This document shows positions 1 through 12,184 of a stretch of DNA of 64,000 bases, one piece after another. The notes below the pieces were generated by a model. That model saw only the letters and a list, made by a program, of their open reading frames with translations. It ran no database searches and had not been told where the DNA came from. A program made the position numbers and the translations under genes. How positions within the stretch are numbered: position 1 is the stretch's first letter; each line of letters opens with the position of its first letter. This DNA is from Podarcis gaigeae (Eukaryota). The stretch lies in the NCBI GenBank assembly GCA_964106915.2, contig OZ066919.1. One strand, 5' to 3'.

Positions 1-2110
1 GAGGAAAACTCTGTTCGAATGCAATCAAATACTGGTGAGGGCTTGTCATCGAGCCCACTTTGTGGCATACTTTGCTGCCTCCATTGCATCCTCATTGTGC
101 CATCTGGCAGAACTTTTTTAGGTTGTGTGGGGCCTCTTACAGTCTGACCCGAAGGAGGTGACAGAACTGATGGTAGCTTGCTGCAACTTGTTTGCAAAGC
201 ATTTTGAGGATAAAATCGCTTGCATCCACCAGGATCTTGACTTTTACAGCAGATGAATCTGAAGGAGAGTCTAGAGCACTTTCTAGTCTTGCTGTTTTGG
301 ATGAGTTTCAGTTGGTAAGGCTTGCCTGAGGATGCGGACAAGGTGCTTCAATCAGTCAAGGTGACCACTTTCTCTGGACCCTTGCCTCTCGTGGCTGATC
401 AAAACTAGCAGGGAGGGGACAGCTGGCTGGGCCAAGGAAGTGATCAGTGCCTCCTTGCAAGAGGAGTGGTTCCTACCTGCTTGAAGGAGGCAGCTGCCAA
501 ACCACTCCTAAGAAACCCTTTCTGGATTTGGGAAATCTAGCTAACTACTGACCAGTTGCCAGTCTCCCCTTCTTGGACAAGATTATTGAGCGGGTAGACA
601 TGGATCAGATCCAGGTGCTCTCGGAGGAAACAGATTTTCTAGATCAATTTCAAATGTGGTGTAGGTCTGGTTTTGGTGCAGAAACTGCTTTGGTCAACCT
701 GCATGATGATCACTGTTGGGAGAGAGATGGGAAAATGTGTCCCTGTTAATTATCCTCAGCCTCTCGGCAGCTTTCGATACCATTGACCATGGTATCCTTC
801 TGGAGTGGCTGTCCGAATTGAGTGTGAGTGGCCCCAATTTGTGATGAGTCTAGTCCTATTTGGACGTTTCCAGACAGTGATGCTTGGGGAGTGCTCTTCG
901 GCCCTGTGGAGCCTTCAATTTGGGGTTCCTTGGGGTTCAATTTTATCCCCTGTGCTGTTTTACATCTACATGAAATCGCGAGTGGGGTTATCTGGAAATT
1001 TGGAATGTTTTAGTCAGCAATATGCTGATTACACCCAGCTATATTCAGTGCTATTTTTCTAGGGAAAGAGGTGCCAGAACTCAACATGAACACTTTTATT
1101 ATTCTGTTATATGGCAATGGTGCCCACCTGAGAGGTGCTGGAATTGAGTTCCAGTGAGTTCCATCTGAACAAAGCCCTGGCTCTACTTTTCCTTTACATC
1201 TGCAGGTGTGGCAGTAGATGTGTCTTGTCTTGGTAATGGACTAGATGAGAGCCAACAGACTGAAGCTCAATTCAGATAAGACTGAGGGACTATCAGTGGG
1301 TGGTTCCGTAGAGCAGATGGATGGGATGTTGCCTGCTCTGGATGGGGTTACACTTGTAGTTCGGGGGTACTTCTGAATCCATTGCTGTCACTTGAGGCTC
1401 AGGTGGCCTTGGTAGCATGGAGTGCCTTCCGTCAGCTTCAGGTGGTGGCCCAGCTGTGCCCCCATCTGGGCTGGGAAAGCCTAGTTTCTGTCATCTATGC
1501 TGTGGTAATCTCTAGATTAGATTACTGCAATGCATTATACATAGGGTTGCCTCTGAAGATGGCTAGGAAATTTTAGCTGGTGCAGAATTTGGCAGCTAGG
1601 TTGCTCACTGAGGTAAGATGGTTTGATCCTGACCCAGCTGCACTGGTTGCCAATTAGTTTCTAGTCCCAATTCAAAGTACTAGTTTTGACCTATAATGTT
1701 TTAAACAGCTCAGGACTGCAGTACCTTAAGGACCACATCTCCCCATAGGAACCGACCTGGACCCTATGATCTGAGGCACTTCTTCTTCCACAATAGATCT
1801 GGAGAGTGGCAACACAAGAAAGGGCCTTTTCTGTGATGGCTCCCCATGTGCAATGTTCTCCCCAGAGAGGCTCGCCTGGCACCTTCATTATATTTCTTTA
1901 AGCGTCAGGTGAAAATGTTTCTCTATAATCAGGCCTTTGGCTAATTAACACTCTATTGCCTTTTTGATGTGTTTGTGGGAGTGGGGTTATTGGCTTGCTT
2001 TTGTTTTATTTTGTATTTTGCGTTCTCATTTTGTATTTGTATGTTGTGAACTGCCCTGGAAACTTTGGATGAAGGGTAGTATACAAATTTAATAAAGAAT
2101 AATAATAATT
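1..2110 (+). mobile_element. Old, decayed L2-clade LINE (RT and C-terminal region plus 3' tail) in CD34 intron 1
   Basis: Broken-frame remnants QFGVPWGSILSPVLF, QQYADYTQLY (YADD box) and SRLDYCNALYIGLPLK, colinear with the younger L2 at 51070-53648; ends in an (AAT)n tail near 2090-2110; runs off the window start. Confidence 0.9.
1046..1179. mobile_element. Short hAT-type MITE inserted in the L2 RT domain
   Basis: Ends CAGTGCTATTTTTCTAG...AAAGCCCTG; degenerate 8-bp TSD gctatatt/gctctact; the L2 sequence resumes after it. Confidence 0.65.
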
Positions 2111-2679
2111 ACTGCAGCTGCCGCTTCTGCTACTCTCCTGGTTTGGCAGCTGGGGGAGCCAGTTTTCATCAAAAGTAGATCATTTCCGCATCCCTCACAC
2201 AATGTGCAAATAAGTCCTGATGGCAATAAAGGACACTAGTCCTGTAATTGTACTTACCGATGGATACTTGTGCTGATTTATGGCCATACCTATGCTACTT
2301 TTGACCAAACTCAGGCTGAAACCAGTTGCCCATTCTCAGAGTCTTATGGTCTCATGATAGACAAGTCATTGATGCCCAAAGAAAATACAGCAGCTGTCCT
2401 TGGAGAAAATCCTCCTATTAGCTACGCATATCATTTTTGCTGGAGGAAAGCCCTGAGGGAAAGGATAGCTGTTACTTTGTGCAAGTCTATTTGTCCTTGA
2501 ACATGTAGCACATAATAATATTGTTTTACAGGGCGCAGTTAGATGAGATGGCAAGAGATTTGTGATTGGATCTCAAACTGTTTTTTAAAAGAAAAAATGC
2601 AACTGCAGGTGGGCCTGATTCATATTAGGAGTTACATAGCTGGGAGACGAGACTTTAAGCTTTTCTCCTTCAGCCAAGG

Positions 2680-2900
2680 TGAAACATCTGGATTGGATTA
2701 TTGCAGTGTACTCTACATGAGACTCCATTTGAAGAGTCTTCAGAAATTGCAATTGGTCCAGAATGAAGCAGTGAGAATAAAGGTGGATGCTTGCTTATGG
2801 GAGGCCTGCAGGTGGTGATTCCAAGCACAATCCAAAGTGTTGATGATTATCTTTAAAGCCCTAAATGGCTTAGGTTCAGGGTACTTATGCAAGCACACGA
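2680..2900 (+). mobile_element. Decayed L2 3' fragment
   Basis: Encodes LDYCSVLYMRLHLKSLQKLQLVQNEAVR, matching L2 C-terminal LDYCNSLYVGLPLKLSQKLQRVQNAAAR at ~52990. Confidence 0.7.
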
Positions 2901-3873
2901 TTAAAGGTGGCCAACCTTTAATATAGCTGATATAAACAAGGCCAGAGATTCTGGCGGTGCACACGCTGCTGACCTCTGATTTGCTGTCAGATGTGTTCAA
3001 TCTTTACACAGTTCTGGAGTCAATGGTGACTGCCCCATGGCCCTAGCCACATCTTGGTCAATCTCTTTGGCATGCTGTTCTTCTTCCACTCAACAATTGC
3101 TCCTTTGCCCTCCTCTGCCAGGTGCTGCCACAGTTCTTTGCTTCTTGGGTGTTGGGGTTCTTATAGGGCTGTTTTTAGTGCCAAAAGCCCTGTGTGTAGT
3201 TGTCTAGCCTTGAAGATAGGTTTCAGAAGGACTCTCTGGGGTTTAACAGTCATGTTTGGTCAACTGTGTCAGTGTTTGCACACATCTGCTTCCTCAGATC
3301 CCAACATCCCTTTTTGTCTTGTTTCTATTTGTCTAGCATCTCAAAGGTCACACTGAACCCCTTAGCCTTGTTTTCAGCCTCTGATAAGTAACATCAAGAA
3401 TACACATACATACACACATGCATCCTTAACAACTGCAGAAGACGTGCTCATGGACCTTCTGCTGTAAAATCTAGTTTGGCCCACAGAATCTACTCTGAAA
3501 TGGTGTAGGATGCTCAGCAAAGGGTATGATTCCATTTGTTCAATAGCTGAAGCATGGTAGAACTAAACAGCATAGAGGTGCCAACTTTGTTCTACTAGAA
3601 AAAGGTCTCAGGTAGATTATTTTTGGTGTCTCAAAAGGGCAGCAAAGCAGTAATTATTTAATTTATCATAATTGTATTTTTAGTGCCCAATGAGAGGAGC
3701 TTGTGGAATTTTCTGCCTTAGGTGCCAAAATAACTTGATAGCCCTTGGGTACTATGCACCTTGATGTGAGGTGGGGGTATGTGCCCACTAAGGCACTGAA
3801 GGGTCTTGGACCAACTCAGGTATGGTGAGCCTGCAACCATATGAAATACACACATCCTGGGTAGTGTCATCTA

Positions 3874-4352
3874 CCGTATTTTTCGCCCCATAGGATGCAC
3901 TTTTTCCCCTCCAAAAATGAAGGGGAAATGTGTGTGCGTCCTATGGGGCGAATGCAGGCTTTCGCTGAAGCCTGGAGAGCGAGAGGCATCGGTGCGCACC
4001 GACCCCTCTCGCTCTCCAGGCTTCAGGAAGCTATCCGCAAGCCTTGCAAGCCCGGCGGGAGTTCCCGCGGGCTCACAAGGCTTGCGGGCAGCAGCCTGCA
4101 GCCCCGGCGAGTGTCTGCAAGCCTTGCGTGCCTGGTGGGAGGTCCTGCCGAGTGTGTGAGGCTTGGGGCAGCAGCCTGTCGTCCGAAGCACGGGAAGCCC
4201 TCCGGAGGGCTCCCCGTGCTTCAGGCGAGTGTCCGCAAGGCTTGGGGCAGCAGCCGCGGCTGGGGGGGAAATAATTTTTTTTTATTCATTTCCCCCCAAA
4301 AAAACCGAGGTGCGTCCTATGGGCCAGTGTGCCTATAGGACAAAAAATATGG
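3874..4352. mobile_element. Tc1/mariner-superfamily (pogo/Tc2-like) MITE with CCGTA termini
   Basis: TA|CCGTATTTTTCGCCCCATAGGA ... CCTATAGGACAAAAAATATGG|TA; TA target duplication; GC/CpG-rich interior. Confidence 0.85.
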
Positions 4353-5239
4353 TAATACATCAGTCATGCTGTTTCAGGCACTTGGCTCTGAATATTTGTT
4401 CTAGATTAATTTTAAGATAATCCAGAATTCTTGGCAGAGAGAGTGTATCCTCTTGCACAACAGACTGTTCTTTTAATAAGGCTGGTGGGTATAAATAAAC
4501 AACTTACTGAAACACTGGGAAATAATTGATTTATTGTTCTTGTTCTAACCTTTTGACCTGAAGAGAGAACAGGGTGGTATGGAGGGACAGAATTAAAATT
4601 CCCCTCAAAACTACTGCCCATATTCAAACTAAAATGCATATAACTGTTTTCTCTTATCTACTGCTATATTAAATGAAATAATAAATATCCAAGGCCTTTG
4701 CTTATAGCCTTTTAAACTCTGTTTGGGTGGTGTGGTTATTCTTTTTGCTTGTTATTATGGTATGTATTTTTATATCTTTGGATGAAGGGCAGTATAGAAA
4801 TTTAATGAATAGAACAAAAATAATAATAAAATAATTACTGAGGAATTTATAAAAGCAATGTATAGTACAGGAAGTCTTGAAATATATCAGAATCACCATT
4901 CACTAGTTGGAACGTGGAATTGTCATATTTTAAAAGGAACAAAAATGCAGCTTTTGCAAAATACAAGGAGGAGAAGGAAGGAGATTTTAAACTTATTTTC
5001 TTGCTGCCTGTGTTCCAAGATCTGGGGGTCCCTGCCTCTGAGACAAACCTGTCCTCATGTTGAAAGAAAAGGTAGTTCAAAAAGGCTTACTTAAGGAAGA
5101 AAACAGGATTTGTCTCCATCAAACATGCCAAGTTTGAATGGCCTCTGCTAGTAGTGTTTGTAATTAGTTACACTATTAATAAATTGCCTAAAAGAAAAAC
5201 AAGGCAGCCCTTTTTTATCTAAGATGTTGACAGATTATG

Positions 5240-5865
5240 ACAAAGTCCTGGCCTTGTCATCTCTCGCCTGCCTTGACTACTTCTTGTCTCTCATCTTCCC
5301 TTGATCCACTTGGCTGGCAGAATTATTCAGCTCTCTCATCACTTGGACAGCATGACATGGACACTTCTCCTTCCATCTCTACATTGGGTTCCTGTTTTCT
5401 TACAGATACTGCATAAGTTGCTTGTCCTTAACTTCATAACCCCCCATAGTTTTGCCTCTCTTATCTATTCAATCTTATATTCCATCACATCCCTTCCTGC
5501 AACCTTTGTCCACCCAGCTTCATCATTTTCAACTATCCAGAGTTCCCTCACACCCTGAAGTCATTATGCCCTTTCTCTCTTCCTGGTCCTTATAAAAGGA
5601 ACTGCCTTCCAGAATACCACCAAATGACTACCTATCTTTCTGCCTTCAAGCTCTACTTTTAAACTCTACTTTTTACAGGGAGCCTTTGAAACAGTCAATA
5701 ACCTATTGTAACTAAGCCACAGTATGAGTAATTTAAACATTAGTATGTTTTTACCTGTGCCTCCATTCTCCCCACCCCCACGCCCTGTATTTCCCTTTGT
5801 TTATTTTAGATTGTAAGTCCCTAGGGTTGGAACCTATCAATCCTGTTCTTTGTAAAGTTTGATGT
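5240..5865 (+). mobile_element. Very old L2-like 3' end
   Basis: Degenerate SRLDY / LHWVP / ILHKLLVL coding remnants followed by an L2-like tagattgtaag 3' UTR motif. Confidence 0.5.
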
Positions 5866-5871
5866 GCATGG

Positions 5872-6022
5872 ACGTGCGGGTGACTCAGTTTGTAGAGCAT
5901 GAGACTCTTAATATCAGGGTTGTGGGTTCGTGCCCCATGTTGGGCAAAATATTGCTGCATTGCAGAGAGTTGGACTCGATGGCCCTTGTGGTCCCTTCCA
6001 ACTCTACAATTCTATGATTCTA
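5872..6022 (+). mobile_element. tRNA-Lys(CTT)-derived SINE with CR1 3' tail
   Basis: Head ctcagtttgtagagcatgagactcttaatatcagggttgtgggttcgtgccccatgttgggc resembles vertebrate tRNA-Lys(CTT) with A/B boxes; tail ggtcccttccaactctacaattctatgattcta is the CR1 3' end with 8-bp repeats. Confidence 0.85.
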
Positions 6023-6337
6023 TATATAAAATAAATTAGAATAACAATAGTCTGTTTCAGTTTCACGTGGTGCCAAACTATAAAAGGAGCACAGGAAACT
6101 TTGATTTTTGTTGGGAACAATGCTAACTCTCTCCATTTTGGTGACAAGAAACTTCTTTCTGTGGTGTCTGGACTGTGATGGCGCTTCCACACCTGCAGTG
6201 CTTTAAATAATGAACATGCAGCTAGGAACAAGGCTGCTTTCTTTGAAGCACTTCTATTCTGAGCCCCACCAGAGACTCAATGACCTACAGTGCTGTTGAG
6301 CTATAAATCCTTTTCCTTACTTTTCCATATGATTAAG

Positions 6338-6484
6338 CTGCTGGTAATGAAGCCATATCAACTATTGCACCAACTTCAGAGAGTCCTGCAGTAATACCCA
6401 GCAATACAACACAGCCATTGACAAGCAGCAACACAACAGAATTGCCATCTGGGAACTTCTCCATCTCAACTACTAAATCAACAG
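6338..6484 (+). CDS. CD34: CD34 exon 2 (mucin domain)
   Basis: Pyrimidine tract then AG at 6336-6337; donor G|GTAAAA at 6485; 147 nt, phase 1-1; S/T/P-rich AGNEAISTIAPTSESPAVIPSNTTQPLTSSNTTELPSGNFSISTTKST with three N-glycosylation sequons. The acceptor is less certain than the donor. Confidence 0.8.
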
Positions 6485-7209
6485 GTAAAAAGGCACTGCA
6501 TCATTTATTCCCTTATGGGATGTCCACACAATTGCACCATCAAATTATTGTCCTCCTGTGTTTTCCCAGTGCTTCTCTCATATTTTCTCGGACCAGAGAA
6601 AGTCCGATGTATTGGAGGGTGGGGGTGGGATGGGACAGGACAGTAAAGTGGCCAAGTAGGGCAGCACGGGTGGGGCTCTCTCAACTTCCCAACACTGCAG
6701 GTCATGGCTGTTTACCAAGAAAAGGAAGGGAAAGGTGTGGTGCAGCATATGGTGGCAGGAGTATGGCTGATTCTCAGTACTGTTCTTCCATCTAAGAGGC
6801 ATACTTTCCACGTACTTTCAGTGCATCTTTTAGTGAGTGTTAAATTTTATGTCCTTGTGTGTTTTTTTGTTTTGTTTTTATAATCAATATATTAATTAAT
6901 GCGAAAGCACTTTCCTGGCTATATATATTTTTAAAAATAAAAAATAGTGCAATTCTGCTTAAATAAATGAGCCAACTTTATACTGTTATAATACTACTAA
7001 AAATGGCTTTTCTAGCCACCTTTATTTTGGCCAATCTGTATGTCTGATCCAGAACAAGCAGTAAACACTATGGGTTGTGACATTTCATTGGCAGTAATTG
7101 GGCATCACTCTTGAAGTGTTTTAGCACTAACTAAGTTAACTGGGTTAAGTTAAGTTAAGTTAAGTGCTTTAGCACTAATTAAGATAACTGGGGTGTTGTT
7201 GTTTTTAAG

Positions 7210-7266
7210 GATGTGCCTGGGGAAACCCAGCGAGATGGGCGGGATATAAATAATAAAATAATAATA

Positions 7267-7310
<44 letters not shown>
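7210..7310 (+). repeat. L2 3'-terminal fragment with (TAT)n microsatellite tail
   Basis: ggggaaacccagcgagatgggcgggatataaataa then (TTA)n. Similar tails occur at ~20850-20960, ~23120-23185, ~41960-42067 and ~58470-58530 (minus). Confidence 0.75.
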
Positions 7311-7699
7311 GGATCAGCCAGGCACTTGGGTGAATTGGTCCCTCCCCACCTACTGTACCCAAGTTGACAACAGGACCAAACTAGATAAAATAAAGGGAGA
7401 GCCATGGCATTATATCCCATGTTTTGTTTTGGGGATTGTTTTTGCTTTTAGTTTCAAGCAGCAGGGTGGGGTTGGATTGGCAAAGTGCTCCCAGGGGTTA
7501 GGATGGGAAGTGTTTTGACGCTTTCCTCTTGCGCTATTTCCCATATTTATGTCATCCGGAAGTAAATCTGCTGTGCTTCTGGAGACATGACACAATCCTG
7601 ATGCCATTTATCAAGAAAGATTCCAGTAAATGCAGAGACATGGTTTGGTTTTAGAACTTTTCAGACATTCCAAGTGTGTCTGTGTGTTCTTCCTTGTAG

Positions 7700-7944
7700 A
7701 TCAAATATTTTCAACTGAGGCAACAAATGGTACAAATGTCACCACCCCTGAAACACTCACTGCAAACCCCACTTCAAATACAACAGTGCAAGCATCTACA
7801 ACACAGGGCAGTTCCAGAAATGAGACAACTCAAAACACAACTTCAACACCACTTCTGACATCTACTTCTACAGAGCTGCCAAAACATACGTTTTCAAATA
7901 CCGGTACACCTACTGCAACTGAAGCTGGTGACCATAGTGCGATG
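7700..7944 (+). CDS. CD34: CD34 exon 3 (mucin domain)
   Basis: ttcttccttgtag acceptor, ATG|GTAAGA donor; phase 1-0; (D)QIFSTEATNGTNVTTPETLTANPTSNTTVQASTT...TEAGDHSAM, Thr/Ser-rich with five N-X-T sequons. Confidence 0.92.
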
Positions 7945-8672
7945 GTAAGAAGCATGAAGGATTTAGATTGCTGCTTTGGGTGCAATGAAATAGTAGGACA
8001 ATCTGATTTCTATATTCAAAGCTAATCCCACTAACTAACCAATTCATTGCTTCAGTCCTATTGGAAAGCGTCTGCAAATTGCAACTCTATATTCTATTTC
8101 TCTGTCAACTCCAAGTAAAACCATTGGAATGGGGATGGTTCCACTGGGATGACAGTTTCAAAAAGAGGGGGTTGATGGGATGGTTTGTCCATCTGGAACA
8201 CCTCTAGTGGAATGCAAACATTGCCTAATACTAAAGCCAAGGATGGGCAGCTTCCAGCTACTTAGGTCATGTTAGCCCACCAGAAGGTACATATTTGGCC
8301 CACAAGGCCTTTCCCCCAAAACCATGCCCACCTGCCAGTGGGTAGGGCAGCTGCATTCAATCCTGTGGGGTGCTGCTTCATCAGTGCATTTCCTGTGGGG
8401 AACACCCTGGCAAAGCAGACCCCTGGAGAGAGCAGGACTGAACTGTCCATTCATCAGCTGGTGAGCAAAGAGTCCAGTCCCACTGGGTGCTCCCACCATT
8501 CTGCAGATCAACTTCTCCCACCAAGCTATCAAAGTTGCCCCACAAGATGGGGGGGGAGAGATAAGGCTCTGCCCCTCCGGGCAAAAAAGATTCTCTACCC
8601 CTGCACTGAGCATGATTATGTACCCACTCCTCCTGCCACAATGACAGTGCTTCTTCTCTTTCTTTTTGTCAG

Positions 8673-8753
8673 GTTAACATCACTTGCCTCAATATCAAGA
8701 ACGTTAAGACCACTGAAGTGATATGCTTGGAAATCAATGAGGAATACTCTTGT
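8673..8753 (+). CDS. CD34: CD34 exon 4 (start of cysteine-bonded globular domain)
   Basis: Strong acceptor, TGT|GTAAGT donor; 81 nt; VNITCLNIKNVKTTEVICLEINEEYSC aligns with human [27 protein letters not shown] (three Cys at identical spacing). Confidence 0.95.
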
Positions 8754-9290
8754 GTAAGTAACAACCAGACCATAAAGAATTGGCAGGGTGGAAAAAGGCT
8801 TTTGGGAAGTGTCTGATGCCTGTTCCAACTTGGAAAAAGGAAAAAGTGGTGCCCATCCTCCATTGTTTTATGTTTTGAATGAATATTTGTGCAGTTTAGT
8901 TTTTCGTGGGTGATCCTTCCTTCTCTTACCATCACTACTACTACTACCATTCTTATTATTTGTTAGTCACTTTATGAAAAAGCAACTTAACTTTACATCT
9001 GTGACTTAACAGAATACAATATAAACGACTTAACTGTGACTTAACAGGATACAATATAAACAGATAAAATCCAGTTAAAGGGTTTTTTGTGTGTGCGTTT
9101 TAAGACAATCCAATGTCATCTTCTTGCCTTTAATTCACCTGGCTTAATCCATCTTCTATCTCCCAGGCCACTGTATTTAGCCTCTCTTTTTTTAAGTACT
9201 TACTTCTTATTAAAATTTACTTTACCATTGGTGCTGCTCTTAAACATGAGGGTTTGACAGTGGGAGAAATGTGTTCCCCTGTTACTTAGC

Positions 9291-9331
<41 letters not shown>
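9291..9331. repeat. (AAT)n microsatellite
   Basis: Seen directly. Confidence 0.95.
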
Positions 9332-9333
<2 letters not shown>

Positions 9334-9879
9334 TTTATTATTTTTATTTATTATATTTATTATTTTATTATTTTTATATACTCTGAGTGGCTTCCAACAC
9401 ATATAAAAATATAATTAAACTAGAAGCTGTTGCCAGTGTTTTCTTTTGGTTGGACAGAGGATACTTTCTGCCAAAAAATATATATATCTCAGTTGGGACT
9501 GCTGTATGGTGCAAGGTGGAGGCTGGGATGTGCAGAGAAGGGGCTGGTTTACAACATAATCATATACATGTTTACTTTGAAATACGTGCCACTATGCAAA
9601 GAATGCAAAGAATTGCAGTCTTGTGAAATCCTATGCATATTTACTCAGTACTAAGTACCACCATGTTAAATGAGATGTCCTCCAACTAAGCCTGCTTAGG
9701 ATGGAAGTTTCATTCACATGTCCAGAGAAGGAGAAATAAATCAAAGAATGTTTTGGAGAAGGATTAAGGAGTGCAGAAAAGCAATTGCAGAAAAACAGAC
9801 AGGTGAACGTTATTCTTAATTAAAATTTATACCCCACATTCTATACTCAAGTGAGCTAACAATAAATTGGGGGGTCATT

Positions 9880-9880
<1 letters not shown>

Positions 9881-9929
<49 letters not shown>
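9881..9929. repeat. (TAA)n microsatellite
   Basis: Seen directly. Confidence 0.95.
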
Positions 9930-10870
9930 CTCAACATCTTCTTCTGAAATAAATAGCCCTACATCTAATTCTTATCCATGTCTATTCAGAACTAAATTCC
10001 ACTGAGTTAAGTGGGATTTATTCCCCATTCCAAAGCAGTCTTAATCGAGTCTTAAAAGGAACAATTTCATTTATATTTGTTAAGGTGCTGGTGAGTCTTA
10101 CTAGATAAATTATCCCAGAGTATGGTGAACACAACAAAAAGGGGTCTTCTATATTCCCAAGCATTCTGACCCTTCAAGATTAAGGGAAATCTAAGCAAGG
10201 GCTTCCCAGCATATTTTAGTGGACAAGGAGGCTCAGATGGCTTCTAAGATCAAGGAAGACAGAGCTAATGCAGAGGTTCCTCGGTGTCCGCTTGAAGCCT
10301 GACACCACTTTCACTCTCTGAGTGTGCTTGCAGTAATGAATGAAGAGATGGAACAGCACCCTCCCCTTGCCTTTCAGTCCTTCTCTGCTTCTGCTTCTTC
10401 TTCTTTGGCAATCACTCATAGTCCTTCTCTGAATAGTTATGCTGATTGGATCCAGAATAAAAGGGCAAGAAAATGAGGAGTGACTGGCTAGCTAGGACAA
10501 GGTGGGTGTCCTCAAAGAGGGTGGATCAGTGAGGGCACTTTATCCAAGGGCCCCCAAAACTAGAGTTTGGTGTTGCAGTCAAAGTAAAATAATTGCTTTG
10601 GAGTTTTAACAACATCTGTAGGGCCACAGCTTATCCACCCTTCTTTAGAGGAACCAGCTGCTGTGGAATAAACTCCTGCTGCTCCGTAGCAGTGGAAAGT
10701 GGCATTGGGATGGGATTCTTAATCTTACTGTGTTATTGGCTTCTGTCCTGTAAAGCACACACACACAAACTTGAATTTATGCCTGTTTACATATACTGGA
10801 AGCATATCAAGGAGAACTATGCTGAACATCTGTTGAAACAAACTTCTCAGGGACTTTACAGTTTAATATT

Positions 10871-10886
10871 GGAGCCACCTAGTGGA
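10871..10886 (-). promoter_or_regulatory. Candidate CTCF site in CD34 intron 4
   Basis: Minus strand reads TCCACTAGGTGGCTCC, close to the CTCF core CCACTAGGTGGCGC. Motif match only. Confidence 0.5.
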
Positions 10887-11495
10887 TGAAATATCAGCAG
10901 GAAAACGAATAGCGTGCATATGTGTAGATGAAATACGGTACATTTTGTTTCATGATCACAAAATTCAGGCTAGCTATATTCTAATTCTATTTATCTGTTT
11001 GCTGTACCGCTTTGGTGTTCATTGGTGTGTAAATTTTCAGGGCTGATTATCATCATGTAAAACTTTATCTTAAATATCTGTGTTACCTTTTCAGCCAGTC
11101 AGGCAGCATTGCAGCCCTGTAATACTGCCATAATTTATATATTGAAATTAATGGCACTGCCGTTAGATCTGGCTGCTAAGCTTTGATTCTTTGTATTGAA
11201 GTTGCACTTTGAGTAAAGATTCCAATTCTGCCCCAAATGATTTATCTCATCTTTTTATATAGTTGTGCACATTCCCTTAACCTTTAAATCACTAGTGATA
11301 CAGATACCGGTTATGGCTTCTAAGTGCTTTTAATAACATAATTAATAGGTCTGAATTTGCTCAGGCTAATGTTTCAGAACACAGAGTTCATATAATGATC
11401 AAAGTGATGGTTAATTGATAATTAATAATGAAATACATGTCAATGAGGAGCTTTATAATTTGCACAATTAACAAGGTGCAGATGGGAATCAACAA

Positions 11496-11725
11496 ATCAT
11501 AGAATTGTAGAGTTGGAATGAATCCCAAGGGTCATCTAGTCCAACCCCCTGCAATGCAGGAATCTAACTTGATTATACATGACAGATGGCCATAGAAGCT
11601 CTGCTTAGAAACCTCCAGGGAGGGAGAATACACTGTCTCTTGTGGGAGTCTGTTCCACTGTCAAACAGCTCTTACTGCCAGAAAGTTCTTCCTGATGTTT
11701 AGTTGGAATTTCTTTTCTTGTAAAT
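11496..11725 (-). mobile_element. CR1 LINE 3' fragment
   Basis: Reverse complement of a CR1 end: atcatagaattgtagagttggaa...tagtccaaccccctgcaatgcagg, continuing into CR1 ORF2 end (cttactgccagaaagttcttcctgatgttt). Confidence 0.85.
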
Positions 11726-12184
11726 TTAACATTAACATCCACCTAACTTTATTGGATTATCCAGCTGGAAATGGAAAAGTTTAAGAGTAAACTTTGTATT
11801 CAAAAGTCAGAGACAGGCATATGAAACTATACCATTCATGCAATAGCAACAGCTCTCTGACCTGAGGGATGCCCTGTTAGGGGTGCTCCTAACAAGTACT
11901 CAACACAAACATGAATACATGTTCTGAAGCTACTGTGAAGACTAGAGTAGGCCCTGTTAACTATACTATGGCCTGCAGATGTCCACTTCAGAGTGGACTT
12001 TCACTGTGGTGGCACCTGAGATTAGGCAGGCACCAACTGCTAGTTGATTTTGTCAGCAACTAGAAACATACCCCCACATCCCTAGGTTATCCCCGATAGT
12101 CAATACAGGCTCTTGCCATCTCTGGTTATTGTGGCATAACAATGATTTTAATCAATAACAATAAATATTATGCAGAATCAATGT

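Noticed and set aside
3871-4420. Overlapping 76-147 aa ORFs as genes
   Set aside because: Artefacts of the GC-rich palindromic MITE interior; the same applies to ORFs at 38413-38842 and 53565-54180.
5872-5946. Functional tRNA-Lys(CTT) gene
   Set aside because: Acceptor stem is disrupted, there is no poly-T terminator, and the sequence continues into a CR1-type tail, so it is a SINE head.
1-6337. CD34 exon 1 / promoter
   Set aside because: No ATG-initiated signal-peptide exon with a phase-1 donor was found, and the only CpG-rich patch is a MITE; exon 1 is presumably upstream of the window.
6485-6795. ORF-track extensions of CD34 exons (6418-6795, 7630-8025, 21224-21421)
   Set aside because: Only the parts bounded by AG/GT are mucin- or CD34-like; the rest is intronic read-through.
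7150-7518. Poly-Asn / poly-Ile ORFs
   Set aside because: Translation of the (TTA)n tail of an L2 fragment.
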